From IMG/VR virus record IMGVR_UViG_3300025314_000006: a stretch of 64,000 bases of DNA; one strand, written 5' to 3'. Position numbers and translations under genes: made by a program. Below the pieces are notes generated by a model, which made no database searches, was not told the DNA's origin, and saw only the letters and a list, made by a program, of their open reading frames with translations. The DNA is from a virus (taxonomy: Duplodnaviria; Caudoviricetes). Of this stretch, positions 1-10,422 are shown one piece after another; position 1 is the first letter of the stretch; each line of letters opens with the position of its first letter.

Positions 1-60
1 TTAAAAAAATCCTTATTATATCTTTTTGCCATTTTATTTCCATTCTTTATAATTATTAAA

Positions 61-86
61 AAAGGCAGAGAAAACTCCCTGCCTTT
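61..86 (-). terminator. Probable intrinsic terminator after ORF 113..412
   Basis: Inverted repeat AAAGGCAG (61-68) / CTGCCTTT (79-86), followed by a T-run on the minus strand. Confidence 0.6.
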
Positions 87-112
87 GAACAACGCATTGT
101 GGTTAATTGTTC

Positions 113-412
113 CTATTGCTGTGCATTAAAATGTTCAGCAAGAGCAGTTGTTGATACAACAAATTCTTCTTCTTTTTTTGATTCTTTTTCAGCAGAAGTC
201 ATTCCACTTGGATTTTCAACAATTGTCAATCCTTGCTTCCAGTTAGATAATCTTTTTCGGAAACCCATCATTACACTTTCTTGAATTTCGTTACTTTGTG
301 ATTGTAATTTTTTAGAAAGTTTTGGTATAATGTTTTTATACCCGGCATGTCTCGCTCTTGATTTAAGCTCAAGAAGCTCTAATTCAATTTCTGCTATTTT
401 TTCTTGTTTCAT
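113..412 (-). CDS. Hypothetical protein (99 aa)
   Basis: ORF in a co-oriented minus-strand cluster; no motif recognised. Confidence 0.6.
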   Translation of the reverse strand: MKQEKIAEIELELLELKSRARHAGYKNIIPKLSKKLQSQSNEIQESVMMGFRKRLSNWKQGLTIVENPSGMTSAEKESKKEEEFVVSTTALAEHFNAQQ

Positions 413-423
413 AATATATTTTT

Positions 424-696
424 TTATTTCATTTTTCTACAATCAGTTGGAAAAACCTTTATGGAGTTAGCATAGATGTCATAAGTTGCATGAACTATGT
501 CCAATACATACTTTTGGCCATCCGCATCTGATGTTATACATTTTCCTTCTCCATCCGGATGTCTAAATGCTTTCAACACCTTGGATGTTGCATCGTTAAA
601 ACTTTCCTGTTCTTCATACACCAATTCTACTGGATTCCATTTTCCAGTTGATTTATTAAATTCTGGCGTTTCAAAAGTATACCCTAAATATTCCAT
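424..696 (-). CDS. Hypothetical protein (90 aa)
   Basis: ORF downstream of a Bacteroidota-type promoter. Confidence 0.65.
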   Translation of the reverse strand: MEYLGYTFETPEFNKSTGKWNPVELVYEEQESFNDATSKVLKAFRHPDGEGKCITSDADGQKYVLDIVHATYDIYANSIKVFPTDCRKMK

Positions 697-726
697 ATAT
701 TAAAATTATTTGTTTGTTTGCTTCAA

Positions 727-757
727 CAAAGATATAGAGTAGTATTTAAAAAACCAA
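727..757 (-). promoter_or_regulatory. Bacteroidota sigma70-type promoter
   Basis: Minus strand reads TTG (757-755), N20, TATCTTTG (734-727), matching the TTG/TAnnTTTG consensus, about 30 bp upstream of ORF 696. Confidence 0.6.
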
Positions 758-768
758 GAAATTTTAAA

Positions 769-1212
769 TTATTCTATAATATTAAAAAAGAAATACGGAA
801 TTATTGGGGAATCTTCTCTATAATCACAATCGAAAGTATAACCTTTATAGATAACATCTAAATCAAATTGTCTATGTTCATTTCCTAAACCATCTAAAAG
901 ATATATTTTTATTATATTAACTCTCTCAAAATCATGAATCCATTCTTTAATATGAATAGCAGTACTTATTTTTATTGTTTTTTCATTGTTGAAATTTGAG
1001 ATGAAAAATCCTTGTATATTATCATTATTAATTATTTCATCGTCGATTTGCATTTCTACTATAAATCTATTTTTTCTTAAAAAGTCCATAGTAAAAAACA
1101 ACGGTAATCCATAACGTTTCAACATGCCATCTTTAGAAATGTTGTGACCACAAGAAACCTTTTCTATAAATACTGATCTTTTTCTACCTATATAAGTTTC
1201 ATTGCTGTCCAT
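769..1212 (-). CDS. Hypothetical protein, weakly tail-tube-like
   Basis: 147-aa ORF; pattern 'IKEW...KIYLLDGLG...DCDY' loosely recalls gp19-like tube proteins. Confidence 0.5.
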   Translation of the reverse strand: MDSNETYIGRKRSVFIEKVSCGHNISKDGMLKRYGLPLFFTMDFLRKNRFIVEMQIDDEIINNDNIQGFFISNFNNEKTIKISTAIHIKEWIHDFERVNIIKIYLLDGLGNEHRQFDLDVIYKGYTFDCDYREDSPIIPYFFFNIIE

Positions 1213-2008
1213 TAAACCACTTATCTTTATACTTTAGTATTTTTTGCATCTTTATAGCATCTAATATTAAGCCTTTTCCATTATTCAATGTTATGGTGTA
1301 GTTTTTTGATAAAGCGTTCTCTAAAGCCTCAAAACTAAGTCTTGTTCCCTCTATGGAAAAGCCTCTTTCTGTGAATTTCACATCAAATGGTCTTTGTGAA
1401 GTTTTATCAAATTTAACCAAATAAGCTTTGTTTGAAGGTAATGATTCAGTGGGGGTTTGAACTGGTGCCTGAACTGGCGAACTTTGTTCTGCAAACGTTC
1501 TTTTTATTATTGGTGCTGACATTTTTTTTATTACTTTCTTTATATGTTCTGTTATGGCAGAAGTTTGTGTTGTTGTCTGTGAACTTACATCCGGTTGATT
1601 TGAAATATTTTGTTGCATTTTTGAAAGTTTTATTTTATCTTCCGCTTTTTTCTTTTGGTCTTCGACACTTTTTTTCATTGTATCAAGTTTTTTCATTTTT
1701 TCTTTCTGAGCTTTCATATTTAGACCTTCTGCATTTCTTTTGTTTGGTTCCTTTAATGCACTCATCATTTTCACAGAACCTTGAATAGATAAATTGGATT
1801 GTGTTTTTTCATCATCAATGAAAGAATCCATTTTGTCAAAAGTACTTAATGTTTCTTCATCACTTTTTTCATCATCTTCCTGCTCTTGTTCTTTGATTAT
1901 TTTATTAATTTCAAAAAGAACAGCTTTATCCATATATCTTAAACCAGATTTCATAATAATAAATAGCATTAAAAAAGGAAAGGCCACCATAAACCGGCAA
2001 CCTTTCAA
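1199..2008 (-). CDS. Hypothetical protein (likely start 1933, MDKAVL)
   Basis: Long ORF with charged and Q/P/T-rich low-complexity segments. Confidence 0.7.
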   Translation of the reverse strand: MKGCRFMVAFPFLMLFIIMKSGLRYMDKAVLFEINKIIKEQEQEDDEKSDEETLSTFDKMDSFIDDEKTQSNLSIQGSVKMMSALKEPNKRNAEGLNMKAQKEKMKKLDTMKKSVEDQKKKAEDKIKLSKMQQNISNQPDVSSQTTTQTSAITEHIKKVIKKMSAPIIKRTFAEQSSPVQAPVQTPTESLPSNKAYLVKFDKTSQRPFDVKFTERGFSIEGTRLSFEALENALSKNYTITLNNGKGLILDAIKMQKILKYKDKWFNGQQ

Positions 2009-2031
2009 TTCTACTTGTTTTAAGATTAAAA

Positions 2032-2208
2032 CTACTTTTGACCAAATAGGTCTTTCATATGTTTCTCAAATTTCTTTTCAGCAATTTTCCTGGCATCTAC
2101 CAATTCTTTTTTTCTTACATGCTTAACTTTTTGCGTAGCTTTGAGTCTTTTATTTCTTTTAAGTCCTCTTTTTTGAGTGGCTTTTTTCTTATTAGCTGGT
2201 TTTTTCAT
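2032..2208 (-). CDS. Small Lys/Arg-rich protein (58 aa, below the ORF-track cutoff)
   Basis: Manual translation MKKPANKKKATQKRGLKRNKRLKATQKVKHVRKKELVDARKIAEKKFEKHMKDLFGQK*; fills the gap between co-oriented genes. Confidence 0.6.
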   Translation of the reverse strand: MKKPANKKKATQKRGLKRNKRLKATQKVKHVRKKELVDARKIAEKKFEKHMKDLFGQK

Positions 2209-2259
2209 AATTCTTTTTTTGATAAAAATAAAGCCAAAACAAACTAAAGTAAAGAACTA

Positions 2260-3900
2260 TTATCTACGATTTATTTCATCTCTAACTTGTGCCGCTTTTC
2301 TATAGTCTTCATATTCTAAAGCTTTCTCAAGTTCGATGTTTAATTCATCTATATTCATATCAGTTACATTTTTTGTCGGAGCCGGTCCTTTTTCTTCTTC
2401 TGGAGTTCTCGTTAATAAATCTTCTTGATTTCTACCTAACAAAGCTGCTATTTCATCTTCATGTTCTGGAGGAAACATATCTTCTGGTTCAGGAATTTCC
2501 TCTCCTTGATTCTCATATGCTTCAATTTCACCACTTACAAGTCTTACTATTTGTTTTATTTTTTCTATAGCTCTTGGTCCGTCATGAATTGTGTCATCCA
2601 TTAATGTCATAAATTCGTCAGGTTCCATTGAGGCCATTTTATTAAGAACATAAGCTATTATGGTATAATCTTCACCTTCTTCGACAACAACAAACGATAA
2701 TGCATCATGAAGATATTTCCAAAATTGAGGTCCAATTAATTTTAACCAATGCTCATCATAATAAGAATCAGCCTGTTTAACAACTTCTTTAGCCAAAGGT
2801 TCTCCATGTTTTTCTTGAATGTCTGACAAATGTTGTAAAAACAAGATTTCAACTGCAGCTTTTGCTACTTCATGTAAAAGAACTGGAAATATAATAGCCG
2901 TTGCTTCTGCTTTCACTTCATCTCCTTGAGTATCTAACTTAGAACTTCCCCACATCTGTCTTGCTCCAAATGATTGTTCTACTGGCATTTTCCACATAAA
3001 TATTTCAACATTTGGCATCATTTTATTATATAAAGGATAAAGTCTTGGGTCAATTCCATCTAATGCATTTTTTATTTCATCAAAAACTTTATGTGCTCTA
3101 TATCCGGCACCCATCATAAGAGTATTGCTTACAATTCTCTTATTTACATGTTTTTTTATAATTTCTAATTCTTCTGGAGTAAACTGTTGTGCAACTTCTT
3201 CTTCTGGATCATCGTTATCTTCAGGTGGTTCGATTTCACCTGGGTTTTTTAATTTAGCATCAATCATTTGCATCACTTCATCAGAAAGACCAAATTTTCT
3301 TTTCACAATTTCTTTAGCTAAATTTTCTAATGCCCCTCTATTTCTTCTTTCATAAGTAAGAATCATATTAAGAGCATTTTGAATTTCCATCATGCTCATT
3401 GAACCGACGTCACCTAAAGTTCTTACAATTGATTTAAATTCTTCACTTCCTATTTTTTCAATAGTACTTTGGTCAAGTCTTTGTTTTGAAAATAATTCAA
3501 CATTACCAAAAGGCGTTTCTGATTGTCCTTGAATTCCACTTCTGATTGATGGATGTGGCTCGTGTTCTCCTGGGTCAATATCCATTGGAGCCTCTTTTAT
3601 AAGGCGCTTCATTCTGGATTTTTCTTTTTCTAACTTAGCCATTTTAACCCACTCATTAAGAAATTCTTCTGTTTTTATAGAATTTTGAATTTCTTTCTTT
3701 TTAGCTTTAGGATTTGGCTTTGGAAAAGTTCCGGGCTTAGGTATCTTAATAGGATTTGGACGTCTTTCTCTTTGTGGAGTTATTACCGGAGCTGGCTTAG
3801 TTGTTGGAGCAGGCTGTGCACCATTTTCTTTTAAAAATTTTTTGACTCCCTCTGAAATAAACTTTTGAAGTTGTTTTTTGGTAAGTTTTATGTTTTTCAT
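2260..3900 (-). CDS. Hypothetical protein with C-terminal UVR (UvrB/UvrC) motif
   Basis: 546 aa; ends IDELNIELEKALEYEDYRKAAQVRDEI, a typical UVR coiled-coil motif; preceded by the CTATTTA motif (3924-3930). Confidence 0.7.
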   Translation of the reverse strand: MKNIKLTKKQLQKFISEGVKKFLKENGAQPAPTTKPAPVITPQRERRPNPIKIPKPGTFPKPNPKAKKKEIQNSIKTEEFLNEWVKMAKLEKEKSRMKRLIKEAPMDIDPGEHEPHPSIRSGIQGQSETPFGNVELFSKQRLDQSTIEKIGSEEFKSIVRTLGDVGSMSMMEIQNALNMILTYERRNRGALENLAKEIVKRKFGLSDEVMQMIDAKLKNPGEIEPPEDNDDPEEEVAQQFTPEELEIIKKHVNKRIVSNTLMMGAGYRAHKVFDEIKNALDGIDPRLYPLYNKMMPNVEIFMWKMPVEQSFGARQMWGSSKLDTQGDEVKAEATAIIFPVLLHEVAKAAVEILFLQHLSDIQEKHGEPLAKEVVKQADSYYDEHWLKLIGPQFWKYLHDALSFVVVEEGEDYTIIAYVLNKMASMEPDEFMTLMDDTIHDGPRAIEKIKQIVRLVSGEIEAYENQGEEIPEPEDMFPPEHEDEIAALLGRNQEDLLTRTPEEEKGPAPTKNVTDMNIDELNIELEKALEYEDYRKAAQVRDEINRR

Positions 3901-3956
3901 GGTCTCAGTATTATGATTTACATTAAATAGGTCAAATTAATGTGTTTTCATAATCA

Positions 3957-4046
3957 TTAAAACAATTCTATTTCTCCAAAAGATATTGCTTTTAACAAAT
4001 CATCAATAGTTTGAAGTTGCTCTTTGGTAAAATCCTTTTTTGCCAC
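3957..4046 (-). CDS. Possible small ORF (29 aa, GTG start)
   Basis: Manual translation MAKKDFTKEQLQTIDDLLKAISFGEIELF*, preceded by CTATTTA (4063-4069). Confidence 0.35.
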   Translation of the reverse strand: MAKKDFTKEQLQTIDDLLKAISFGEIELF

Positions 4047-4078
4047 TATAAATTGTTTTTATTAAATAGTTTTAAATT

Positions 4079-4109
4079 AAGAAACCATCTTTTTTAGAGA
4101 TGGCTTCTT
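4079..4109 (-). terminator. Terminator after the RNR gene
   Basis: AAGAAACCATCT / AGATGGCTTCTT stem (one G-U pair) about 20 bp after the nrdJ stop. Confidence 0.6.
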
Positions 4110-4129
4110 TGGTTAACGATAGGTTAAAA

Positions 4130-6700
4130 TTATGAACATTTGCTTGAGGAACAATTTATGCAAACAACGCACCCTTCTTGATAAACAAGTGTATTTTTAG
4201 CATTGCAATTAGAACAGGTTTCTGTACTTTTTTCACCATCTAATATGTATTTTTTTAAAGTTCTACCAATTGCTCTTGCAAAAGATGTTATATTTCCCTC
4301 TGATTTATTTAGTTGTTCAACAATGAATTTTATATCAGAACCATGTCTCAATGAAAGCGAAATCATACGAGTTAAAGCCTCTTGTTCATCAGTTTCAAAG
4401 TGCTCTACAATATTTTCAATTATCATTCCATCTGCATCAAGGTCATATCTTCCTCTTTTCACTTTTGTAAGAGTGCCATTTTTTAATTTTACCGGTAAGT
4501 GGATGGATTTTTCTTTAAAAGTAAAAACCTCATAAGGTTCTTCTGAAAGAAGCCCAACAAGAACAATCCATTTTTTACCATCGGTTGTTACGTGATATAT
4601 ATCACATGGTAGTGTTTTTGGTCTATGTGGAGCTGTTGTTTTATTAATTTTATTTGATTTTTCTTCTTCTTTTTTTTCTGCTGAACCAAGAACTTCTGTC
4701 ATTGTTCCTGCTCTATATGTAGTTCCTCCTTTTACGGTTTTAGTGTTAAATAAATCCATATATAGTTTTTTGAAATTTTCAAATGGGTAATCACTTGGTA
4801 TATTTACCGTTTTACTCATTGCTGAATCAATATATTTAGACATAACCTCCATTGTTTTTGAGTGTTCGTCAATTCCTAACTGAACAGTTGTTGCCGCCCA
4901 TTCAGCAGTATTTTCCCATTTGTTTTTTAATTCAAGGAAACGAACAGCATAATCTTTAACAACAGTTTCTCTTAATAGCCCTCTTGATTTATCAATCTTC
5001 CAAGAATATCCATCAAAATCTGTTTTTAATAAATTTTCATCCCCTTCCTTAATCCATTTCCACGACTGTAAGTTATCTGAATTAAGAGAAGATGGTTGTG
5101 TATTAAAGGCTTTATTCTCCCAATCAATATTGGAAGGCACAACAAGACCTTCTGGTGGATAAGGCATCATTGTCGTTCTTGTATACGTAGGCATAAATAC
5201 TGGTTCTAAACCACCACTTACAACATTTGCAAAAATAGAAGAGTTTCCTGTCGGTTGAATAGAAAGTAAGTGGGAATTTCTGATTCCATATCTTTCAATC
5301 ATAGATTGAGTTTCAGTGGAAAGATTTGAAATAAATTTACTTGCAAGATATTTTTCTTTATCAAATAATGGAAATGCTCCTTTTTCTTTTGCAATTAAAG
5401 AAGACGCCTGATAAGATTCATTTGCTATAAATTTCATTAGATTTTCTGTTATTTCTAAAGCGTAATCAGAACCATATCTTATATTTAACATCATTAAAGC
5501 TGAACCATATCCCATAATTCCAAGTCCAATTCTTCTTTTGCTTTTTAGATTTTCTTTTTGAGAGTCAAGAGGTACACTAGTTATATCATTAACATTATCC
5601 ATGAAACGTATTGCTATTGGTATTATTTCTTTAATTTTTTTATAATCCCAATCTTTTTTTTCAAAATCAATAAATTGCGTTAAATTTATTGAGCCAAGTA
5701 AACAGACACCGCCAGTTGGAAGTAATTGTTCACCACAAGGATTACTTGCTGATATATATTCATTATAATATAAATTATTTAATCTATTAATTGTATCAAC
5801 GAAAAGAACTCCTGGTTCATTTCTGTTATATGTGGATTTCATTATTAAATCCCATAATTCATTTGCATTTTTATAAGTTTTATAAATAATTACTGGATAA
5901 CCTTTTTCTTTCCATTTTTTCAGGTTTCCATCCCACTCTTTATTATATATATCTTTATTAAAATCAAAATCAGGAAATTCCAAATTCCAAGGAAGATTAT
6001 TTTGTACAGATTTCATAAATTCATCCGTTATTAAAAGTGACATATTAAATTTTGTCAACCTTCCAGGTGTTTGTTTTGCTGTTATAAACTCCTCAATATC
6101 AGGATGATAACACGACATTGTTACCATCTGGGCACCTTTTCTTATTTTTCCTTTTGCTTTTTCGTTTTTTGACTTTTTACCACTTCCTTCTGTTATCACA
6201 GCAGATTGTGTATCCCACATATCAAGCATTCTAACAGAACCAGGACTTTCATTCCCAATCCCTTCAATAAATCCACCTCTTGGCCTCATTGTATCAGCAC
6301 AAAATCCATAACCACCTTCAGACTTTAAAATAAGAGCTTGTCTTCTTAAAGCCGACAAGATTCCTTCCATAGAATCTCTGTCTTCTCCAACGAATCCATC
6401 TACAAAACAATTAATATAAGTGGTGCCCTTTATTCCGGTTCCAGCATTTGATGTAATTCTTCCTCCTGGAACGAATTTAAAATCTTCAAGCGCCCACATA
6501 AACTGATTTGTCCAATATTCTTGATTTAATTCTACTTTTGCTAAATCTTTAGCAACCCTCAATTGAGTTTCATCAATTGTTTCATTTAAATATTTATATG
6601 TTTGTTCATAAATTTCTTTACTAAATTCATCTACAAATTTCGTCCCTTTTATTTCTTTTAATTTTCCTTTTGTTTGATTTTCCATTGTTTCTATTGCCAT
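4130..6700 (-). CDS. nrdJ: Class II (adenosylcobalamin-dependent) ribonucleotide reductase with C-terminal TSCPD/Zn-ribbon region
   Basis: Motifs PGGRI, INCFV, NPCGEQ.L...CLLGSINL, SIQPTG, GGTTYR; C-terminal CxxC...CxxC; no beta subunit nearby. Confidence 0.88.
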   Translation of the reverse strand: MAIETMENQTKGKLKEIKGTKFVDEFSKEIYEQTYKYLNETIDETQLRVAKDLAKVELNQEYWTNQFMWALEDFKFVPGGRITSNAGTGIKGTTYINCFVDGFVGEDRDSMEGILSALRRQALILKSEGGYGFCADTMRPRGGFIEGIGNESPGSVRMLDMWDTQSAVITEGSGKKSKNEKAKGKIRKGAQMVTMSCYHPDIEEFITAKQTPGRLTKFNMSLLITDEFMKSVQNNLPWNLEFPDFDFNKDIYNKEWDGNLKKWKEKGYPVIIYKTYKNANELWDLIMKSTYNRNEPGVLFVDTINRLNNLYYNEYISASNPCGEQLLPTGGVCLLGSINLTQFIDFEKKDWDYKKIKEIIPIAIRFMDNVNDITSVPLDSQKENLKSKRRIGLGIMGYGSALMMLNIRYGSDYALEITENLMKFIANESYQASSLIAKEKGAFPLFDKEKYLASKFISNLSTETQSMIERYGIRNSHLLSIQPTGNSSIFANVVSGGLEPVFMPTYTRTTMMPYPPEGLVVPSNIDWENKAFNTQPSSLNSDNLQSWKWIKEGDENLLKTDFDGYSWKIDKSRGLLRETVVKDYAVRFLELKNKWENTAEWAATTVQLGIDEHSKTMEVMSKYIDSAMSKTVNIPSDYPFENFKKLYMDLFNTKTVKGGTTYRAGTMTEVLGSAEKKEEEKSNKINKTTAPHRPKTLPCDIYHVTTDGKKWIVLVGLLSEEPYEVFTFKEKSIHLPVKLKNGTLTKVKRGRYDLDADGMIIENIVEHFETDEQEALTRMISLSLRHGSDIKFIVEQLNKSEGNITSFARAIGRTLKKYILDGEKSTETCSNCNAKNTLVYQEGCVVCINCSSSKCS

Positions 6701-6803
6701 TTGTTTTAATTTATTTTTTGTTGAATTAAATAATAAGTATTTTTCTTAATGTTCAGAGAAAAGAGGATAGTCCTAAAAAGAAATGCTAAAATAATAGAAT
6801 ATT

Positions 6804-7241
6804 TTAATTACGATTTCTAATTTGAGCTTCCATAGTTAACGCCTTAATGCCGGATTTTATATTTGCGTTATTTTCATCTTCTATTTGTATATCTATTTTT
6901 GAAGTGTCAAAGATCATTCTTAACGAATATCCATCTTCTCCATTTCTGTTTTTTAAAACCATCATTGTGGCTTTCTTAATAACTTTATCCTCATCTGGTC
7001 TCGCAATTCCTAAAATAATATCAGCTGTTTGTGCTTTACCAAGGCTTTCAGAGATTGTATCGAGACCGAACTTGTCTTTATTCATTGAACTATTATGAGT
7101 GTAAATGTCATTTGCAAAAAACATATGTGCATCCTCCACTGTTATATCAACAGTTTCTTCTTCTCCAATTAATTCTATGGACATTATTTCATCTTCTAAA
7201 ATGTCTATTATTGACTCACTTACTATATTCTGTTTTTTCAT
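6804..7241 (-). CDS. dnaB: DnaB-like helicase C-terminal fragment: split-intein IntC (50 aa) plus C-extein
   Basis: Intein blocks F/G 'TVDITVEDAHMFFANDIYTHN|S'; the extein has 'ISESLGKAQTADIILGI...KNRNG', helicase motif H4. Confidence 0.9.
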   Translation of the reverse strand: MKKQNIVSESIIDILEDEIMSIELIGEEETVDITVEDAHMFFANDIYTHNSSMNKDKFGLDTISESLGKAQTADIILGIARPDEDKVIKKATMMVLKNRNGEDGYSLRMIFDTSKIDIQIEDENNANIKSGIKALTMEAQIRNRN

Positions 7242-8472
7242 TTTTTATAAAATTTATACATTTTTCTATTATTTGTTTTTTGTCGTTTTTATAATCTAAC
7301 TCTGGTATTCTTAACACTTCATATCCTTTACTAATTAAAAAACAATCTCTCAAAATATCTCTTTCTTTTTGTTTCGTGGATGAATGCCAAAAATCACCAT
7401 CAAATTCTATTATTTTATTTTCAAATTTAAAATCCACACTTATAACATATATATCATTTTGATATGTATAAAAAACATGTTCCTCATTAAGTTCTGCAAA
7501 ATAACATTTACTTTTTTCGAATTCATCAATTTGTTCATATATGCTCCAAAACAATTCTTGTGATATTTTACTATAATTTTTTAAAAATCTTCCATTAATA
7601 ATAAGCTGTGTAAATCGTTCTTGTCTTTTTATGGGACCAACAATTGGACCATACCTTTCTATATAACCCTCAACAGAATTTGAATAAGAAACTTTTTTAC
7701 AATATTCTTCGTATCTTTTTTTGCCATCAACCTCACCGTATCTTTTTTTAAATGCTTTTAAACTTGTTTTATCCATTGATTTGCAATATTTTTCATATTC
7801 ATCTTTACCTTTTTCTTCGCCATGCTTTTCAATATACGTTTCAAGAGAATTCCTTTTTGACATTCTAATTGAATTTTCATTCCAAATTCTTGTACCTTCT
7901 TCTTCTCCATATATCTCAATGCGCCTTTCTAATGTGGACCCATTTTTCCAATCTCCTTTTTCTTTTTTCTTTTGAATTCCGACTCTCCATTTCTCTAAAT
8001 AAGAATTCCATCTTTTTAAACCCTCTTCTTCTCCATATCTTTCGGTCATTATTTCTAATGATACACTTCTTTTACTTTTTCTAATTTCATCCCAAATTTT
8101 ATTACCCTCATCTTCTCCTAATTTAACAATAAGTTTTTCAAGAGTGACAACACATTTTTCATTTTTTTCATCAAATTGCTTTTGACCCTCAACCTCTCCA
8201 TATCTTAATATGAAAGATTCTAATGATGATGAATTTCTATTAAATTTTTCTTTTATTAATTTTATTCTCGTTATCCAATCACATTCTATATTATTTATTA
8301 TAAAGTCTACTATTAATTTAAAATTGTTATGTATAAAAATTTTATTAAATTCTTCTATAATATTTGTTAATTGTTCTTTTTGAAACTCATTAATTTTATT
8401 AACATCTAAACATTTTAAAGATTTAATATTTAATAATTCTTCTATTGTTTTAAACTTTTTTATTTTTTCCAT
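7216..8472 (-). CDS. Free-standing Vsr/DUF559-like (EDxHD-type) homing endonuclease between the split dnaB halves
   Basis: Repeated (K/R)YGEEEG..R/W motifs, C-terminal 'IIEFDGDFWH...RD..L..KGYEVLRI'; likely ATG at 8472, just after the CTATTTA motif. Confidence 0.8.
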   Translation of the reverse strand: MEKIKKFKTIEELLNIKSLKCLDVNKINEFQKEQLTNIIEEFNKIFIHNNFKLIVDFIINNIECDWITRIKLIKEKFNRNSSSLESFILRYGEVEGQKQFDEKNEKCVVTLEKLIVKLGEDEGNKIWDEIRKSKRSVSLEIMTERYGEEEGLKRWNSYLEKWRVGIQKKKEKGDWKNGSTLERRIEIYGEEEGTRIWNENSIRMSKRNSLETYIEKHGEEKGKDEYEKYCKSMDKTSLKAFKKRYGEVDGKKRYEEYCKKVSYSNSVEGYIERYGPIVGPIKRQERFTQLIINGRFLKNYSKISQELFWSIYEQIDEFEKSKCYFAELNEEHVFYTYQNDIYVISVDFKFENKIIEFDGDFWHSSTKQKERDILRDCFLISKGYEVLRIPELDYKNDKKQIIEKCINFIKNEKTEYSK

Positions 8473-8515
8473 ACATATAAATAGTATGAAAATAAAATTT
8501 TGAGAGCGACACAAA

Positions 8516-9865
8516 CTACTTTTTAGAAAATAAAAAATCTCCTTTTGATAATCCGCTTTCTATAGATTTATATTCATTATTTTTTATTGGAAAAAAATGT
8601 TTTGAAGAACATAATATTTCCTTTCCGCTTTTTAGTTTAATTTTATACACACTTTGTTTTTCAATTGGGAAAATATTAATTACTTTTTTAAAACCAAGAT
8701 GTGTCAAAATTAAATCATTAACTTTTAAGTATTGTATTTCTTTTTTACCATCTGGAGTATCAATTAGAGAATTTAACCCTAAACATCTTCCACTCTGAGA
8801 AGCTGTCCAGATTGGAATATTCATTTCCATTGCCATTCCTCTCAGACCTTCATAAATTGAAGTCAGTGCAAATCTTTTTTCTGAAAAACTTGATGTAGCC
8901 TTCATTATGTCAGCATAATCAATAATAATTACATCTGGCACAATACCTTCTCTTTCTAAAACTTTAAGATGCGATTTAATAGTATTTAAAGACGCTGAAC
9001 CAGTTGGAAATTCCTTAATTATAAGATTTCCACCTTGTTTTGAAATTTCTAAAAGAGTTTCTCTTATTACATCAGGATATTCAATAACATCTTTTAAAGG
9101 TAAACCGGTTAAACACGAATCTATTCTATTGCCAATAGCACTTTCCTGTAACTCGAGTGTATAATATATTACTTGTTTTCCTGCCTTTAATGCAGTACAC
9201 GCAAATTTTACTAACATCATGGATTTTCCTCCACCAGTTGGAGAAAGTATAATTCCAAGCTCTCCACCAGCAAGACCTCCACCTATTTTTGAATCAAGAC
9301 CACTCATTGCCGGAATTGGAGTTCTATATTTTTTTATTAATCTCTTTTCCATATCCTTAAGATAATTGTGACCACTACTTTTTGGCTCACCAACCTTAAG
9401 CGCTTCGGAAATTATTTGAGCTATATTTTCATAATCTCCCTTTTCCCAATTATCAACAGCATCAATAAGTCCCTTTTTTAACGATTGTTTACGACAAAAA
9501 TTTAAAGCAATATCTTTTACATTAAGCTTATCAGTAATTCTCTGTTCTTCAATAAGCCGGATTAATTCAATGAGATTGTCTTTTAATTGTCCTTCGAGTT
9601 CTTTTTCGTTTACTATATCTCTAAGAGTTTGATATTCTGGTATAATATTGTATTTTGTAACAAAATCAAGAATATGCCTAATTAATGTTTTGATATATAT
9701 ACCATCAAAATATTCCGGCTTTAAAATATCTATAATTTGTGTTGAGAATTCGCCTTGTTTATCTTCTATTATAACTTTGATTAACTTTTTTTGAAAATTT
9801 AAATCCAGTAAGGTAAGGGGCTGATTAACATTTTTTATTGCACTATTAATTTCAGTATTTTCCAT
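8516..9865 (-). CDS. dnaB: DnaB/gp41-like replicative helicase N-terminal fragment ending in split-intein IntN (89 aa, 8519-8785)
   Basis: Walker A 'SPTGGGKS', 'IIIDYAD', 'IWTASQ', then intein block A 'CLGLNSLIDTPDG' and block B 'CSSKHFF', then stop. Confidence 0.92.
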   Translation of the reverse strand: MENTEINSAIKNVNQPLTLLDLNFQKKLIKVIIEDKQGEFSTQIIDILKPEYFDGIYIKTLIRHILDFVTKYNIIPEYQTLRDIVNEKELEGQLKDNLIELIRLIEEQRITDKLNVKDIALNFCRKQSLKKGLIDAVDNWEKGDYENIAQIISEALKVGEPKSSGHNYLKDMEKRLIKKYRTPIPAMSGLDSKIGGGLAGGELGIILSPTGGGKSMMLVKFACTALKAGKQVIYYTLELQESAIGNRIDSCLTGLPLKDVIEYPDVIRETLLEISKQGGNLIIKEFPTGSASLNTIKSHLKVLEREGIVPDVIIIDYADIMKATSSFSEKRFALTSIYEGLRGMAMEMNIPIWTASQSGRCLGLNSLIDTPDGKKEIQYLKVNDLILTHLGFKKVINIFPIEKQSVYKIKLKSGKEILCSSKHFFPIKNNEYKSIESGLSKGDFLFSKK

Positions 9866-10124
9866 GTCACGTATTTTTATAATACCAATATGATATTATT
9901 CCTGCTTTAACACAAACCTGTGCGTTTGCTCCAACAAACACAGATTCGATTCTTTTATTATGTTGCAAATGTATTTAACTTTTTTCCATTCCAGAGCTTA
10001 ATAAATAAAAACTATTAACAAAATAAAAGATTATTATTAACCAGCTTACTTTATTAAATAGGCTATTATTTAAAGAACAATTTTAAATTCGTTTAGTTGA
10101 TTTTAGACGTTTTTGTGGTGGATA

Positions 10125-10421
10125 TCAACTTTTTTCTATGTCATGATTTTCTGACCACAACTTATCCATTTGTTCTTTTTTAATTTTCTCAAGAATTTCC
10201 TGCTCACTCTTTCTGAGTTCTTCTTGGATTTTTCTAACAAAATCTACCATCAGAAAATGTAAACTACTTTTTTCAATTGATTCCGGCGAGTATTTATCTG
10301 CTGGAAAATCTCTTTTAACAACAATAACTTTTCCATTATATTCAAGTTTTAAAGAGAAAAAGTTAGCTGTTTTCCCAGCCTCGTTTAATTTTTTAATAAG
10401 TTCTTTATCTTTTTTTTCCAT
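10125..10421 (-). CDS. Hypothetical protein
   Basis: 98-aa ORF tightly packed in the replication operon. Confidence 0.65.
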   Translation of the reverse strand: MEKKDKELIKKLNEAGKTANFFSLKLEYNGKVIVVKRDFPADKYSPESIEKSSLHFLMVDFVRKIQEELRKSEQEILEKIKKEQMDKLWSENHDIEKS

Positions 10422-10422
10422 T

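Noticed and set aside
9918-9943. Bulged hairpin upstream of dnaB (CTGTGCGTTTG/CAAACACAG)
   Set aside because: Could be a terminator or leader structure, but a single weak stem is not enough evidence
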